Shown here piece by piece: positions 1 through 9,185 of a DNA stretch of 64,000 nt. The position numbers and the translations under genes were made by a program. The DNA is from Patescibacteria group bacterium (GTDB lineage: Bacteria; Patescibacteriota; Minisyncoccia; Minisyncoccales; JAHCRE01), in NCBI GenBank assembly GCA_020148145.1, contig JAHCRE010000016.1, positions 164,827-228,826 on the forward strand. Direction: 5' to 3'. The notes under the pieces are model-generated. The model was not told the origin of the DNA. It worked only from the letters and a program-made list of their open reading frames with translations, and did not search any database. Each line of letters starts with the position of its first letter. The stretch's first letter is position 1.

Positions 1-209
1 CTTCTTTTTGTAGAAAATAGAGAAATCCACCACATCCACAGCCTGCATCTAAAATCTTGGCATTTTTGTCTTTGGGTAAGTGTCTCTTAAAATAACCTTT
101 ATGAACTACAAACTTCTCTTCTAAGTCTTTATGGAAAACTCTTTTTTTCTCTTCTAAAAATTGACTTACATAAACATTATAAATCCTTTTTCTGTAATTA
201 TATTCTTGA
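1..209 (-). CDS. Class I SAM-dependent methyltransferase, N-terminal part only; the gene continues past the window edge
   Basis: Reverse-complement translation from the ATG at 207-209 gives MKDNQEYNYRKRIYNVY...ILDAGCGCGGFLYFLQKE, with the motif I glycine-rich loop of Rossmann-fold methyltransferases. Confidence 0.55.
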
Positions 210-1319
210 TTATCCTTCATATTTTTTCCTTATAATGTTTACAATTCTCTTGGCTGTTTTGCCATCCCAATATTTGGGGATTTTTCCTTTTTTGGTTTTG
301 CCGTTTAAAATCTTCAAACTTTCCTTAATAATGTTTTCTTTTTGAAGCCCGATTACTTTATTTGTCCCAATTTCGCAAGTAATAGGTCTTTCGGTTACTT
401 TTCTTATAGTTAAACAAGGAATGCTCAAGACCGTTGTTTCTTCTTGAATCCCGCCACTGTCAGTTAGAACTAATTTAGCATTTCCCATTAAATTTAGCAT
501 ATTCAAATAACCGACTGGTTTTACTAAAATTAAATTTTTCATTCTTTTAATCTTATCTTTAAAACCAAACTCTTTAATTCTTTTTTTAGTCCTAGGGTGA
601 ATTGGGTAAATTATTTTAATTCTTTTTTGAATCTCTGTTAATGCCTCTAAAATCCCTCTAAAAACTTCCTTATAATCAACATTTTTTGGTCTATGTAAGG
701 TAAGTAGGGCATATTGCCTTCTTCGAAATCCAAATTTCTGGAGAGTTTTACGTTTCAAAAAAATATTTTTATATCTCAAAAGGGTATCAATCATTATATT
801 ACCGACAAAAAAGATTTTTTTTCTTTCTAAGCCCTCTCTTAAAAGATTCTTGATTGCTGATGGTTCAGTGACAAAAAGATAATCTGAAATTTGATCAGTT
901 AAAAGTCGATTAACTTCTTCTGGCATTTTGAGATCAAAACTGCGTAACCCCGCTTCAACGTGGGCTACCGGAATATGAAGTTTTACTGCTGTTAAGGCTC
1001 CGGCTAAGGTTGAATTTACATCGCCAACCACGATTACTAAATCCGGTTTTTCCTTTAAAATAACTTTTTCAAATCTAATCATTATTTCCCCTATTTGATA
1101 AGCATGAGTGCCAGACCCTACTCCAAGATTATAATTAGGTTTGGGGATTTTTAATTCTTGAAAAAAAACTTTTGACATTTCGAAATCATAATGCTGACCA
1201 GTATGGACTAAAACTGTTTTAATATTCCGATGCTTTTTAAATTCTTCTATCAAAGGGGCGATTTTTATAAAATTTGGCCTGGCCCCGGCAACAATTAAAA
1301 TTTTGATATTTTGAGGCAT
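210..1319 (-). CDS. wecB: UDP-N-acetylglucosamine 2-epimerase (non-hydrolysing)
   Basis: 369 aa; the N-terminus KILIVAGARPNFIKIAPLIEEF...HTGQHYDFEMS is the classic WecB/MnaA signature. Confidence 0.85.
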   Translation of the reverse strand: MPQNIKILIVAGARPNFIKIAPLIEEFKKHRNIKTVLVHTGQHYDFEMSKVFFQELKIPKPNYNLGVGSGTHAYQIGEIMIRFEKVILKEKPDLVIVVGDVNSTLAGALTAVKLHIPVAHVEAGLRSFDLKMPEEVNRLLTDQISDYLFVTEPSAIKNLLREGLERKKIFFVGNIMIDTLLRYKNIFLKRKTLQKFGFRRRQYALLTLHRPKNVDYKEVFRGILEALTEIQKRIKIIYPIHPRTKKRIKEFGFKDKIKRMKNLILVKPVGYLNMLNLMGNAKLVLTDSGGIQEETTVLSIPCLTIRKVTERPITCEIGTNKVIGLQKENIIKESLKILNGKTKKGKIPKYWDGKTAKRIVNIIRKKYEG

Positions 1320-1335
1320 TTTATTATCTCTTTAA

Positions 1336-2664
1336 TCAATGGAGGTTCTTTCTCCAATATCTAATTTGTTTAATTAATTCCTTTAAACTCCTAAAATCTT
1401 CTTTTTTAGGAATTAACAAATTTTCCAAACGAAAAGGGGAAATAGAAATTTTTTTATAGAAAAAGATAAACATCAAAGCCATCACTAAATAAGAAATTAA
1501 AGCAGCTATTGCTGAACCATTAATTCCTAAACTAGGAATTAAAATTAGGCTAAATCCGAAGCTAAAAAATAAGGCGACGAAAGCGGCTATAGCATAATAT
1601 TGAGGGAAACCCTTTCCTACAATATAACTTCCCAGAACCTTAGCAATAGAAGAAACAATCATTCCGATAATTAAAATTCTTAAAGCCAATAATCCTTGCA
1701 TAAAGACTTGGCCAAAAAATATTTTTATTATCCAAGGAGCGAAAATAGCCAGAATAATTCCTATTAAAAATGTAAAAAAGAGACTAATCCGGCAACACTT
1801 TTTAGTTAATCTTTCGGCCTCGAAGGCCTTAGTCTCTGCTGAAACTTTAGGGAAGAGAACAGTCCCTAAACTGACCGGAACAAATTTTAAGGCCGTCCCT
1901 AAAAATAAAGCTATTGAATAAATACCCACCGCTGTTGGATTGAGAAAGAAGTTTATTAAAAATATCCCTAATTTTAAATCCATTGTCTGGGCAATATCCC
2001 CTAATTGCCCCTTCAAGCCAAATTTAATACTATCTTTTATAACTAAGAGATCAATTCTTGGTTTTAATAAGGGGGTATTTTTGAAAAGAAAAAAAAGAGC
2101 AACCAAAAAACCAATTACTCCAATGAAAATCAAAATAAAGACTGCGGTTTTTACTTCTGGAAAAATTAAAAGAAAGACTAAAAAAGCTCCAATAGTAATG
2201 ACGCGAGTGATTATAAAAGTTAAATTGTAGCTAAAAATCCTTTGAAGGCCTAATAGCAAACTACGAAAAAGATTACCAATTAAGTAAAAAGGAAGAGATA
2301 AACTAACAAGTAAAATAAAGGAGGGGGCTATTTCTTGAAACAGATTTGGCAAAGAAAAATTTAAAAGGACTATTCCAGCAATTAATAAAATACCCAATAT
2401 TACACCTACAAATAAAGAATTCCCGAAAAGAACAGATAAAGAATATTTTTTAGAACTAATAAAATAGATATTAGCAAAGCTGAGTCCTAAACCGCCCAGA
2501 AGAATAGAAACAGCAATAAGGCTCTGCAAAAATGCGAAAATTCCTCTTCCCTCAGCCCCTAAAATTCTAGCCGTAAGAATGGCTGTAATTAAACCGCAAA
2601 AAGCTGCAAAAACTTCGGTAATAAAAGTAAAAAAAGATTCTTTAACCATTTTTGTACCAATCAA
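1336..2664 (-). CDS. Polysaccharide biosynthesis protein / Wzx-like flippase (MOP superfamily)
   Basis: 442 aa with about 12-14 predicted TM helices; sits in the glycan operon and overlaps the adjacent epimerase by 23 nt. Confidence 0.6.
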   Translation of the reverse strand: MIGTKMVKESFFTFITEVFAAFCGLITAILTARILGAEGRGIFAFLQSLIAVSILLGGLGLSFANIYFISSKKYSLSVLFGNSLFVGVILGILLIAGIVLLNFSLPNLFQEIAPSFILLVSLSLPFYLIGNLFRSLLLGLQRIFSYNLTFIITRVITIGAFLVFLLIFPEVKTAVFILIFIGVIGFLVALFFLFKNTPLLKPRIDLLVIKDSIKFGLKGQLGDIAQTMDLKLGIFLINFFLNPTAVGIYSIALFLGTALKFVPVSLGTVLFPKVSAETKAFEAERLTKKCCRISLFFTFLIGIILAIFAPWIIKIFFGQVFMQGLLALRILIIGMIVSSIAKVLGSYIVGKGFPQYYAIAAFVALFFSFGFSLILIPSLGINGSAIAALISYLVMALMFIFFYKKISISPFRLENLLIPKKEDFRSLKELIKQIRYWRKNLH

Positions 2665-3610
2665 TCATTTTTTTAAGACCCTCCTCCAGAGATACCTTCG
2701 GATAAAAATTAAGAAGTTTAATCATTTTTCCTACCTCTGGAAAACGATGTCTTACGTCTATATCTATTTTTCTATTCTTTACCAATCTGGGTTTAATTTT
2801 TCCTTCAAGACCGACTAAATTAATTATTTCGGTCGCTAAATCAAAAATTGTTAAAGGCCTACCGCTACCAATATTTATTATCTGACCACTGGTTTTCTCT
2901 AATTTCATTGCTCGCCAAGATGCCTCTACATTATCATCAATAAAAGTAAAATCTCTTGTCTGACGCCCATCGCCAAATACTGTTGGAGACTGACCAGATA
3001 AAACCTGCCTTATAAATATCCCCACCACAAAACCATAATCACTTCCGTCCTGCCTAGGACCGTAAACATTGAAGAATCTCAAAGAACAAGTTTTTAGGTT
3101 ATGTTTATAATAATAAGCCTCTAAAAATTTTTCTCCTATTAGTTTAACGGCAGCGTAAGGTATCTGTGGATTTATTGCTCCCTCTTCTTTTTCTGGCAGC
3201 TCTCTAGACTCTCCGTAAACCTCGGAGCTGGAGGCAAAAACAACTTTGGGTCTACCATATTTTAGTGATAGTTCTAGGATATTTTTAATTCCTTCTGCAT
3301 CTTTCAATACCATCAAAGGATTCTCAAGAGTTCTTTTTACTCCAACTGTAGCTGCATAATGAAATACTCCATTAAATTTATATTTTCTAAAAATAAGGGA
3401 AATATCTTTAATTTGGTTTATATCTCCTTTAATAAAAACGAAATTCGGATTTTTTTTAATTGTTAAAATATTTTTTAAGGTCCCGGTACTTAAATTGTCA
3501 AAACAGACAACCTTGTGTCCTATTTTTATTAGCTTTTCACATAAATGAGATCCAATAAATCCTGCTCCACCGGTAACTAAAAATGTTTTTTTATTTTTGT
3601 TTTTTTGCAT
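2642..3610 (-). CDS. NAD-dependent sugar epimerase/dehydratase (UDP-glucuronate decarboxylase / UXS-like SDR)
   Basis: TGGAGFIGSHLCEKL Rossmann motif and extended SDR features; 322 aa. Confidence 0.8.
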   Translation of the reverse strand: MQKNKNKKTFLVTGGAGFIGSHLCEKLIKIGHKVVCFDNLSTGTLKNILTIKKNPNFVFIKGDINQIKDISLIFRKYKFNGVFHYAATVGVKRTLENPLMVLKDAEGIKNILELSLKYGRPKVVFASSSEVYGESRELPEKEEGAINPQIPYAAVKLIGEKFLEAYYYKHNLKTCSLRFFNVYGPRQDGSDYGFVVGIFIRQVLSGQSPTVFGDGRQTRDFTFIDDNVEASWRAMKLEKTSGQIINIGSGRPLTIFDLATEIINLVGLEGKIKPRLVKNRKIDIDVRHRFPEVGKMIKLLNFYPKVSLEEGLKKMIDWYKNG

Positions 3611-4388
3611 ATTTCAAAATTAAATTCAGGGCTTTATTCTTGCAATATTTCTTAAGTATTGTGGCGTTTTCGCAAATACAGTGTCCACCAATGCCGCCTT
3701 TTGGAGGATAAAGAACTGGCCGAACAACATTCTTCTTACCCAACTTTTTATATCCTTCATTATAGGTTCTGTTAAACTCAGTTACCGCTTTTTCAAAATC
3801 AACCCCGGCCTTATCACAAATTTTTTTCATTTCTCCGTGCCAGGCAATACAAAGACCATAATAAGAAGTACTAAAGAGTTTTCCTATTTCAACGATTACC
3901 GATGGCTGAAATATCCTTGTTTTTATTCCCAGGCTTTCTAAATGTTTTTTGGCTAATTGACCTGCTTTTTTATTCTCGGTACCAATATATTTTACGAATG
4001 TTTTAATTCCTTCGTAAAGATAAGGATGAACTCCCCTTACCGGGCTGTAAACTATCATCTTCAGTTCTTTAGGTAAGGCTGAAACCAATTTTTTTGTGGT
4101 GAAAGGGGCAATAGAAGAATGAATAATAGTCAACTTTGGCTTAACTTCTTTTATTTCTTTTTTAACTATTTTTATAAAATTAGGAATCCAAGGGATACAG
4201 ATATGTAAGACCTCTACCCCCTTTAATCCATCGTCCCTCTTCAAATCCTTTATTTTTACTTGCCCGCCGAAGCGTTTGCGAAGGTGGGGACTCTTGTAGA
4301 ATTTAGCTAAAGCTCGACCCATTTCACCATAACCCAGTATGCCAATTTTTGATTTATTTTTTTTAGTCATAGGCATAGAAATTACCAC
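3591..4388 (-). CDS. NAD(P)-binding dehydrogenase-like protein, possibly a UDP-sugar-dehydrogenase-like enzyme
   Basis: N-terminal IGILGYGEMGRA dinucleotide-binding motif; a GGIGGHCICE segment is reminiscent of the catalytic Cys region of UDP-glucose dehydrogenase; overlaps the downstream gene. Confidence 0.4.
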   Translation of the reverse strand: MVISMPMTKKNKSKIGILGYGEMGRALAKFYKSPHLRKRFGGQVKIKDLKRDDGLKGVEVLHICIPWIPNFIKIVKKEIKEVKPKLTIIHSSIAPFTTKKLVSALPKELKMIVYSPVRGVHPYLYEGIKTFVKYIGTENKKAGQLAKKHLESLGIKTRIFQPSVIVEIGKLFSTSYYGLCIAWHGEMKKICDKAGVDFEKAVTEFNRTYNEGYKKLGKKNVVRPVLYPPKGGIGGHCICENATILKKYCKNKALNLILKYAKKQK

Positions 4389-4392
4389 CCCG

Positions 4393-4713
4393 TTAGAAAC
4401 CTTTAGCGAAAAAGGATTTTAATCTATTTTTTAGATATCTTCTACCCATTCCTGATTTAAGGTATTTTTCTCTTGCTTGGGCATCCTTTCTATTTAAACC
4501 GGCCTCATAATAGATGAGTTTCCATGGGATTCCATATTTAGTAGACCTATTCTTGCCCGAATTATGTGTTAAAATTCTTTTTCGCAAATCTTTGGTTGAA
4601 CCAATATACCAATCTCCTTTATTACTTTGTAAAACATAAATATACCACACCCCGTTAGAGATTACAAAGATAAAGAGAAAACACAGAGAAAACAAGTCTC
4701 TAACGGGGCACAT
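4393..4713 (-). CDS. Small GIY-YIG nuclease-family protein (YhbQ/UPF0213-like)
   Basis: WYIYVLQSNKGDWYIGSTKDLRKRILTHNSG...KDAQAREKYLK matches the GIY-YIG motifs. The ORF lies exactly between the 13-bp inverted repeats ccccgttagaaac (4385-4397) and gtttctaacgggg (4717-4729). Confidence 0.8.
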   Translation of the reverse strand: MCPVRDLFSLCFLFIFVISNGVWYIYVLQSNKGDWYIGSTKDLRKRILTHNSGKNRSTKYGIPWKLIYYEAGLNRKDAQAREKYLKSGMGRRYLKNRLKSFFAKGF

Positions 4714-4731
4714 AAACGGTTTCTAACGGGG

Positions 4732-4977
4732 CTACCATTTCTCAATGGTTTTTTTGGTTTTTCGTTTGAGGCGCTGATAAAAATTTACCGCCTTTCTCTC
4801 GACCTTTGGAGAAACTAATCTTAAAATTTCTTTCCCCCAGATTCTATATCTTCCCCCAACTTTGTTTGCCCGGATTATTCCGTTTTTTAGGAAACGCTTA
4901 ATAGTGCTGCTACTTATTTTCAAAAAATCTCGGGCTTCTTTAGTTGTGTAAACCTCATTTGGTTTTATTTCTTCCAT
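4732..4977 (-). CDS. Excisionase/MerR-type helix-turn-helix DNA-binding protein (HTH_17-like)
   Basis: EVYTTKEARDFLKISSSTIKRFLKNGIIRANKVGGRYRIWGKEIL resembles the Xis-family HTH. The start was moved to the internal MEEIKP; the track ORF extends to 5022. Confidence 0.55.
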   Translation of the reverse strand: MEEIKPNEVYTTKEARDFLKISSSTIKRFLKNGIIRANKVGGRYRIWGKEILRLVSPKVERKAVNFYQRLKRKTKKTIEKW

Positions 4978-5079
4978 ATTTCCATAATAAGACACCCCAA
5001 AAGGGGTGTCAAGAGGTATCAATAGAGGTCAATTCATGGCCATTTTTGCAGTTGTCCCTAGCACTTGGGAATTCCCCAA

Positions 5080-5838
5080 TTACTTTTTTAATTTTCTTCC
5101 ATAGCTTTCTGTTTTGTAATGACAATTTCTGCAAAGGGTTATTCCATTCGAAATATCCAAAACTAAAGAAGGATATCTTGATACTGGTTTAATGTGATGT
5201 ACTTCCATAACTCTTTTTTCCCTAAATCTTATGCCACATTTTTGGCAGGTGTAATTATCACGTTCTAAAATTTTCTTGGCCCAATTCTTTAATTCTACTC
5301 TTAGTCTATGTGCTAATGTCTCTTCTCTTTTGGTTAAACCTCCTTTCCAATTTGGATTCTTGGAACCTAGGTGTTTTTCAATATATTCTTTATTTTGCCA
5401 AAGTTTTTTAATAATATTGCTTATTTTATTTCTTATTTCCAGATTATCTCTATATTGCTTTAGCTTTGTCTCTCTTATTTTGTTTTTTATAGCTTCTGAG
5501 AGCTGCTTTCCCCAATTAGGGTGTTTCGGTCCTCTAATTGCTTCACTTATCTTTCGTTTTGTCTCCCCTAAGAGTCTTTTTCCTTTTTGAGCTTGACTAA
5601 TTTTTTTTCTTGTTTCTTCGGAATGATGCTTGCCCAACATTAATGGTTTTCTTTTCCCTTCTCTCCATTGCCTTTTCATGGCTTCACTAATATTCCTTCT
5701 ATGTTCTTCTGAAAATTTTCTACCTTTCATTGCCAAACTTGTTTTCTCTCGTTCTTTCTCATCTTTATATCTTTCTTTCTGAGCTAAACTCATTTTTCTT
5801 TTGTATTCGTTAGTTCTTATGTATACTCCAGTTGGCAT
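5080..5838 (-). CDS. HNH homing-type endonuclease with repeated NUMOD3 DNA-binding motifs
   Basis: Repeated G(K/R)xxSEEx(R/K)xKIS motifs (NUMOD3) and a C-terminal HHIKPVSRYPSLVLDISNGITLCRNCH HNH motif. The start is placed at the internal MPTGVY so that it does not overlap the upstream gene. Confidence 0.75.
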   Translation of the reverse strand: MPTGVYIRTNEYKRKMSLAQKERYKDEKEREKTSLAMKGRKFSEEHRRNISEAMKRQWREGKRKPLMLGKHHSEETRKKISQAQKGKRLLGETKRKISEAIRGPKHPNWGKQLSEAIKNKIRETKLKQYRDNLEIRNKISNIIKKLWQNKEYIEKHLGSKNPNWKGGLTKREETLAHRLRVELKNWAKKILERDNYTCQKCGIRFREKRVMEVHHIKPVSRYPSLVLDISNGITLCRNCHYKTESYGRKLKK

Positions 5839-5845
5839 ATTATTT

Positions 5846-6595
5846 TTATTTCCATTTACGAATTGCAGTTTCATAACGCTCGAAAGTTCCTGTGTCCATC
5901 CATTTACCATTAAATTTAAAACCTGTTAATTTTTTTTCTTTGGCTAATTTTGGGAAAAGGTCTTTTTCAATCATTGAAAACTTGGGGCCAGGATGATAAT
6001 TGAAAATTTCAGGGGAAAGTAAATAAAGACCAGAAGAAATATATTGAGTCGTGGATTTCTTGCCCGCCCAAGTTTTCTTTAAAATTTGGGCGGGTGAAGG
6101 TTTTTCTAAAAACTCTTGAACTAAACCATTTTTGCAAATAACAACTCCATAATCTTGAGGATTTGGAACTTTCACTAAAGCTATGGTTGCCGGGGTTTTC
6201 TTTTTTTGATGGAAATTTTTCATTTCAAATAATTTTATCTTTTTTAACTCATCACCATTAGTAAAAAAGAATGGTTCGGCGGGCTCACCACTAGGTGACC
6301 CTTTAGAAAGCCAATCTTTTAAATAAAAAAGGCCTCCAAAAGTTCCCAGAGGCTTTTTTTCTTCAAATATCTTAATTTTTTCTTTAGGATAATATCTTTT
6401 TTTCCACCAATCAAAATCTTCCCGGAAATCTCTATTAATTAAAATAGCTATTTTTTTTATTCCGTAAGAATGAAAGAGGTCAACCAAATGATTTAAAATG
6501 GGTTTTCTTTTTATTGGCAAAAGGGGTTTTGGTAACTCTTTAGTTATTGGATAAAGTCGAGATCCCGCCCCTCCGGCCAAGATTACTGCTTTCAT
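5846..6595 (-). CDS. Sugar-phosphate nucleotidyltransferase (glucose-1-P thymidylyl/uridylyl-transferase-like)
   Basis: MKAVILAGGAGSRLYPITKELPKPLLPI is the canonical NTP-transferase N-terminus. The track ORF carries a 20-aa N-terminal extension up to 6655. Confidence 0.8.
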   Translation of the reverse strand: MKAVILAGGAGSRLYPITKELPKPLLPIKRKPILNHLVDLFHSYGIKKIAILINRDFREDFDWWKKRYYPKEKIKIFEEKKPLGTFGGLFYLKDWLSKGSPSGEPAEPFFFTNGDELKKIKLFEMKNFHQKKKTPATIALVKVPNPQDYGVVICKNGLVQEFLEKPSPAQILKKTWAGKKSTTQYISSGLYLLSPEIFNYHPGPKFSMIEKDLFPKLAKEKKLTGFKFNGKWMDTGTFERYETAIRKWK

Positions 6596-6692
6596 CGACC
6601 GGAGCTCTACTCTGGTAGAGTGTAGGTCATAATTAGATAATCTAGTTTTTTTCATTTGTCTTTTTTACTTTTTCTTTATAATATAAAATTGT

Positions 6693-9014
6693 ATGAAAAT
6701 CAAGGGCTCTAAATTAAGATGGATCTATTTGATTGGTTTTTTCTTGATTTTGATTTTACCTTTATTTAATATTCCGCCCTGGCTTTCTCCACCTGCCTTT
6801 GGGAAAACTGTTATATTTAGAATCATCCTGTCTTTAATTATTTTTCTATTTTTGTGGAATTTTTTCTTTTCAGAAGAACGAAAACTGTTCTCAAATCTTT
6901 ATTTTCTGCGGGGTAAATCAAGACTCACTTTTTATCTTTTAATTGCCCTATTTTTAATTTTTCTTCTAGCTACTATTTTTTCTTTAGACCGGCATTTTAG
7001 CTTTTGGGGATCTCCTTATAGGGCAGGTGGTTTTCTAAATTTTGCTTTTTATTTAATCTTTGGAGTCTTAGCTTTTTTAACTGTTCACAAAAAGGACTGG
7101 CAAAAAATCTGGAATTTCGCCTTAATTATTGGTGTTTTAGTTTCAATTATTGCCATTTTACAACAATTTGAACTATTTAGTAAAATTTTAATTCCTTATA
7201 CCTACCGTCCTGTTTCCACCCTCGGAAATCCAATCTTCTTAGCAATTTATCTATTGCTTCTTAGTTTCTTAGCTTTGACCTTTGGGATTCAGGAAAAAAG
7301 TTTTAAAAAACGGTTTTTTTATTTTTCTGTCCTGGCCTTAATGCTCTATGCAATTTTAATAACTGAAACTAGAGCTACCTATCTTGGCTTGGCGGTTGGG
7401 ATTCTATATTTTATTCTCTTTTATCCAAGAAGGTTATTCTGGCTAAAAATTTCTTTTTTTATTCTTTTTGTTTTAGGGATTCTTGGGTTCTATTTTTTAA
7501 AAACTAATCCCGATATTTTTGCAACTCAAAATTATGTTCTCCAAAGAATTATTGACAGAATTTCGAGTATCTCTATAAGTGCCGGCGAGGGTAGAATTTC
7601 TGGCTGGAAAGTTTCTCTTAAAGCGATAAAAGAAAGACCAATTCTTGGCTGGGGACCAGAAAATTTCTCAATAGGTTTTGATAAATACTATGACCCTTCT
7701 CTCCCCGAAATAGTTTCCTCTTTCGGGGGTGGCTGGTGGGATAGAGCCCATAGTTTCATTTTTGACATAAGTATCTCGGCCGGAATTCCAGCCTTAATAA
7801 TTTATCTTTCTATTTTTGCTGCTTTATTTTTGGGATTACAAAAGGTTAAAAAAAAGAGGCCCGACAAAGAATCCCTAATTTGTCATGGCGTCCAAGCCAC
7901 TTTTTTAGCTTATCTTACGGCTAACTTTTTTAGTTTTGACACTTTTTCAACTTATCTTATTTCATTTTTACTCATCGGCTATTCTTTACACTTAACTTCG
8001 TTAAATACAACTGAAGAAGCGTTAAAGACTACACCAAGAGATGATGCGCCTTTGTTTAAACTGCCTTATAGAATTTCTAAGTGGCGAGGAATTATAATAT
8101 TTCTTCTCTTTGTGGGCTTGGTGTGGTTTATTTATTTTTACAATATAAGGCCAGTTCAAATTAATAAAGAAATAAACTGGGCTGGTCATTATTCAGAACA
8201 TACATATAAAGGCTTTAATAAAGCTTCGGCAAAAATAGAAAAAGTCTTACCCTCTCATAGTTTCTTAGACCATTATCTAAAACTGCAATATAGTGATATA
8301 ATTGCCAAGGGCATAAAAGAAGAACCAGAAAGAAAATTAGAGCTCGCCCAAAAAATAATTCCAATTCTAAAAGAAGCTGTGAAAATAAGGCCTTATTATA
8401 CCAGAGATTGGATTTTTCTGGCAAGTTATACAAACATCTTGATTGAGAAAAGTCGAGCTCTTAATCCTGGGGCTATTGAAAGATTAAAAGATGAGGCAAA
8501 TTATTATTTAAAAAAGGCTCACCAGTTAAGTCCAAAACGACAAGAAATTTTTTCTGAATGGATAAAGACTGACCTTTTAACTGATGAATATCAAAAGGCA
8601 AAAGAAAAAGCTCAACAATGCATTGACTTAAACCCTGAAATGGCTAAGTGTTGGTGGTTAAAAGGTTTGGCTCATCGTTACGCCGGTGAAGAAAAAGAGG
8701 CCAGGGAAAATATAGAAAAAGCGGTGGAAAAAGGATACGATATCAATTCAAAATCTTCTCTTTTACAATTGGCTACAGTATATGGAAAAATGGTTGAAAG
8801 TTCTGGGGATCTTAAATATTATCAGATTTTATCTGATACTTACCAAAAATTAATAAATATTGAACCTAAAAATTTTCAATATCATGCATCTTTGGCTTAT
8901 ATTTATAAAATGTTAGGCGATTATGAAAAAGCTCGCCAGGAAGCAGAAATAGTGCTTAAACTTTCACCTGAATCAAAAGAAAATGTGGAAGAGTTCTTGA
9001 GAAGCCTGAGATAA
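6693..9014 (+). CDS. O-antigen ligase/polymerase-like (Wzy_C) membrane protein with a C-terminal TPR repeat domain
   Basis: About 10 TM helices in the first ~420 aa, then TPR-like repeats (WWLKGLAHRYAGEEKEARENIEKAVEKG, YHASLAYIYKMLGDYEKARQ). Confidence 0.65.
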   Translation: MKIKGSKLRWIYLIGFFLILILPLFNIPPWLSPPAFGKTVIFRIILSLIIFLFLWNFFFSEERKLFSNLYFLRGKSRLTFYLLIALFLIFLLATIFSLDRHFSFWGSPYRAGGFLNFAFYLIFGVLAFLTVHKKDWQKIWNFALIIGVLVSIIAILQQFELFSKILIPYTYRPVSTLGNPIFLAIYLLLLSFLALTFGIQEKSFKKRFFYFSVLALMLYAILITETRATYLGLAVGILYFILFYPRRLFWLKISFFILFVLGILGFYFLKTNPDIFATQNYVLQRIIDRISSISISAGEGRISGWKVSLKAIKERPILGWGPENFSIGFDKYYDPSLPEIVSSFGGGWWDRAHSFIFDISISAGIPALIIYLSIFAALFLGLQKVKKKRPDKESLICHGVQATFLAYLTANFFSFDTFSTYLISFLLIGYSLHLTSLNTTEEALKTTPRDDAPLFKLPYRISKWRGIIIFLLFVGLVWFIYFYNIRPVQINKEINWAGHYSEHTYKGFNKASAKIEKVLPSHSFLDHYLKLQYSDIIAKGIKEEPERKLELAQKIIPILKEAVKIRPYYTRDWIFLASYTNILIEKSRALNPGAIERLKDEANYYLKKAHQLSPKRQEIFSEWIKTDLLTDEYQKAKEKAQQCIDLNPEMAKCWWLKGLAHRYAGEEKEARENIEKAVEKGYDINSKSSLLQLATVYGKMVESSGDLKYYQILSDTYQKLINIEPKNFQYHASLAYIYKMLGDYEKARQEAEIVLKLSPESKENVEEFLRSLR

Positions 9015-9046
9015 AGTTAATTAATTAATTTTCTTCAAAACCTAAA

Positions 9047-9081
9047 CCCCCCACCAGAATCTGGTGGGGGGTGGATTTTTT
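9047..9081 (+). terminator. Intrinsic terminator hairpin (ccccccaccag-aat-ctggtgggggg) followed by a T-run
   Basis: An 11-bp GC-rich perfect stem followed by tggatttttt, 33 nt after the stop codon of the TPR/ligase gene. Confidence 0.7.
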
Positions 9082-9185
9082 ACTCAAGCCGCCCAAGGAT
9101 AGCCGGCTTGCCCGCCTAAGTTTTACCGAAGGTAAAATTTGGGCGAGTCCATTTCAAGAACAAAACTTTGGATTTCAACTAAGAT

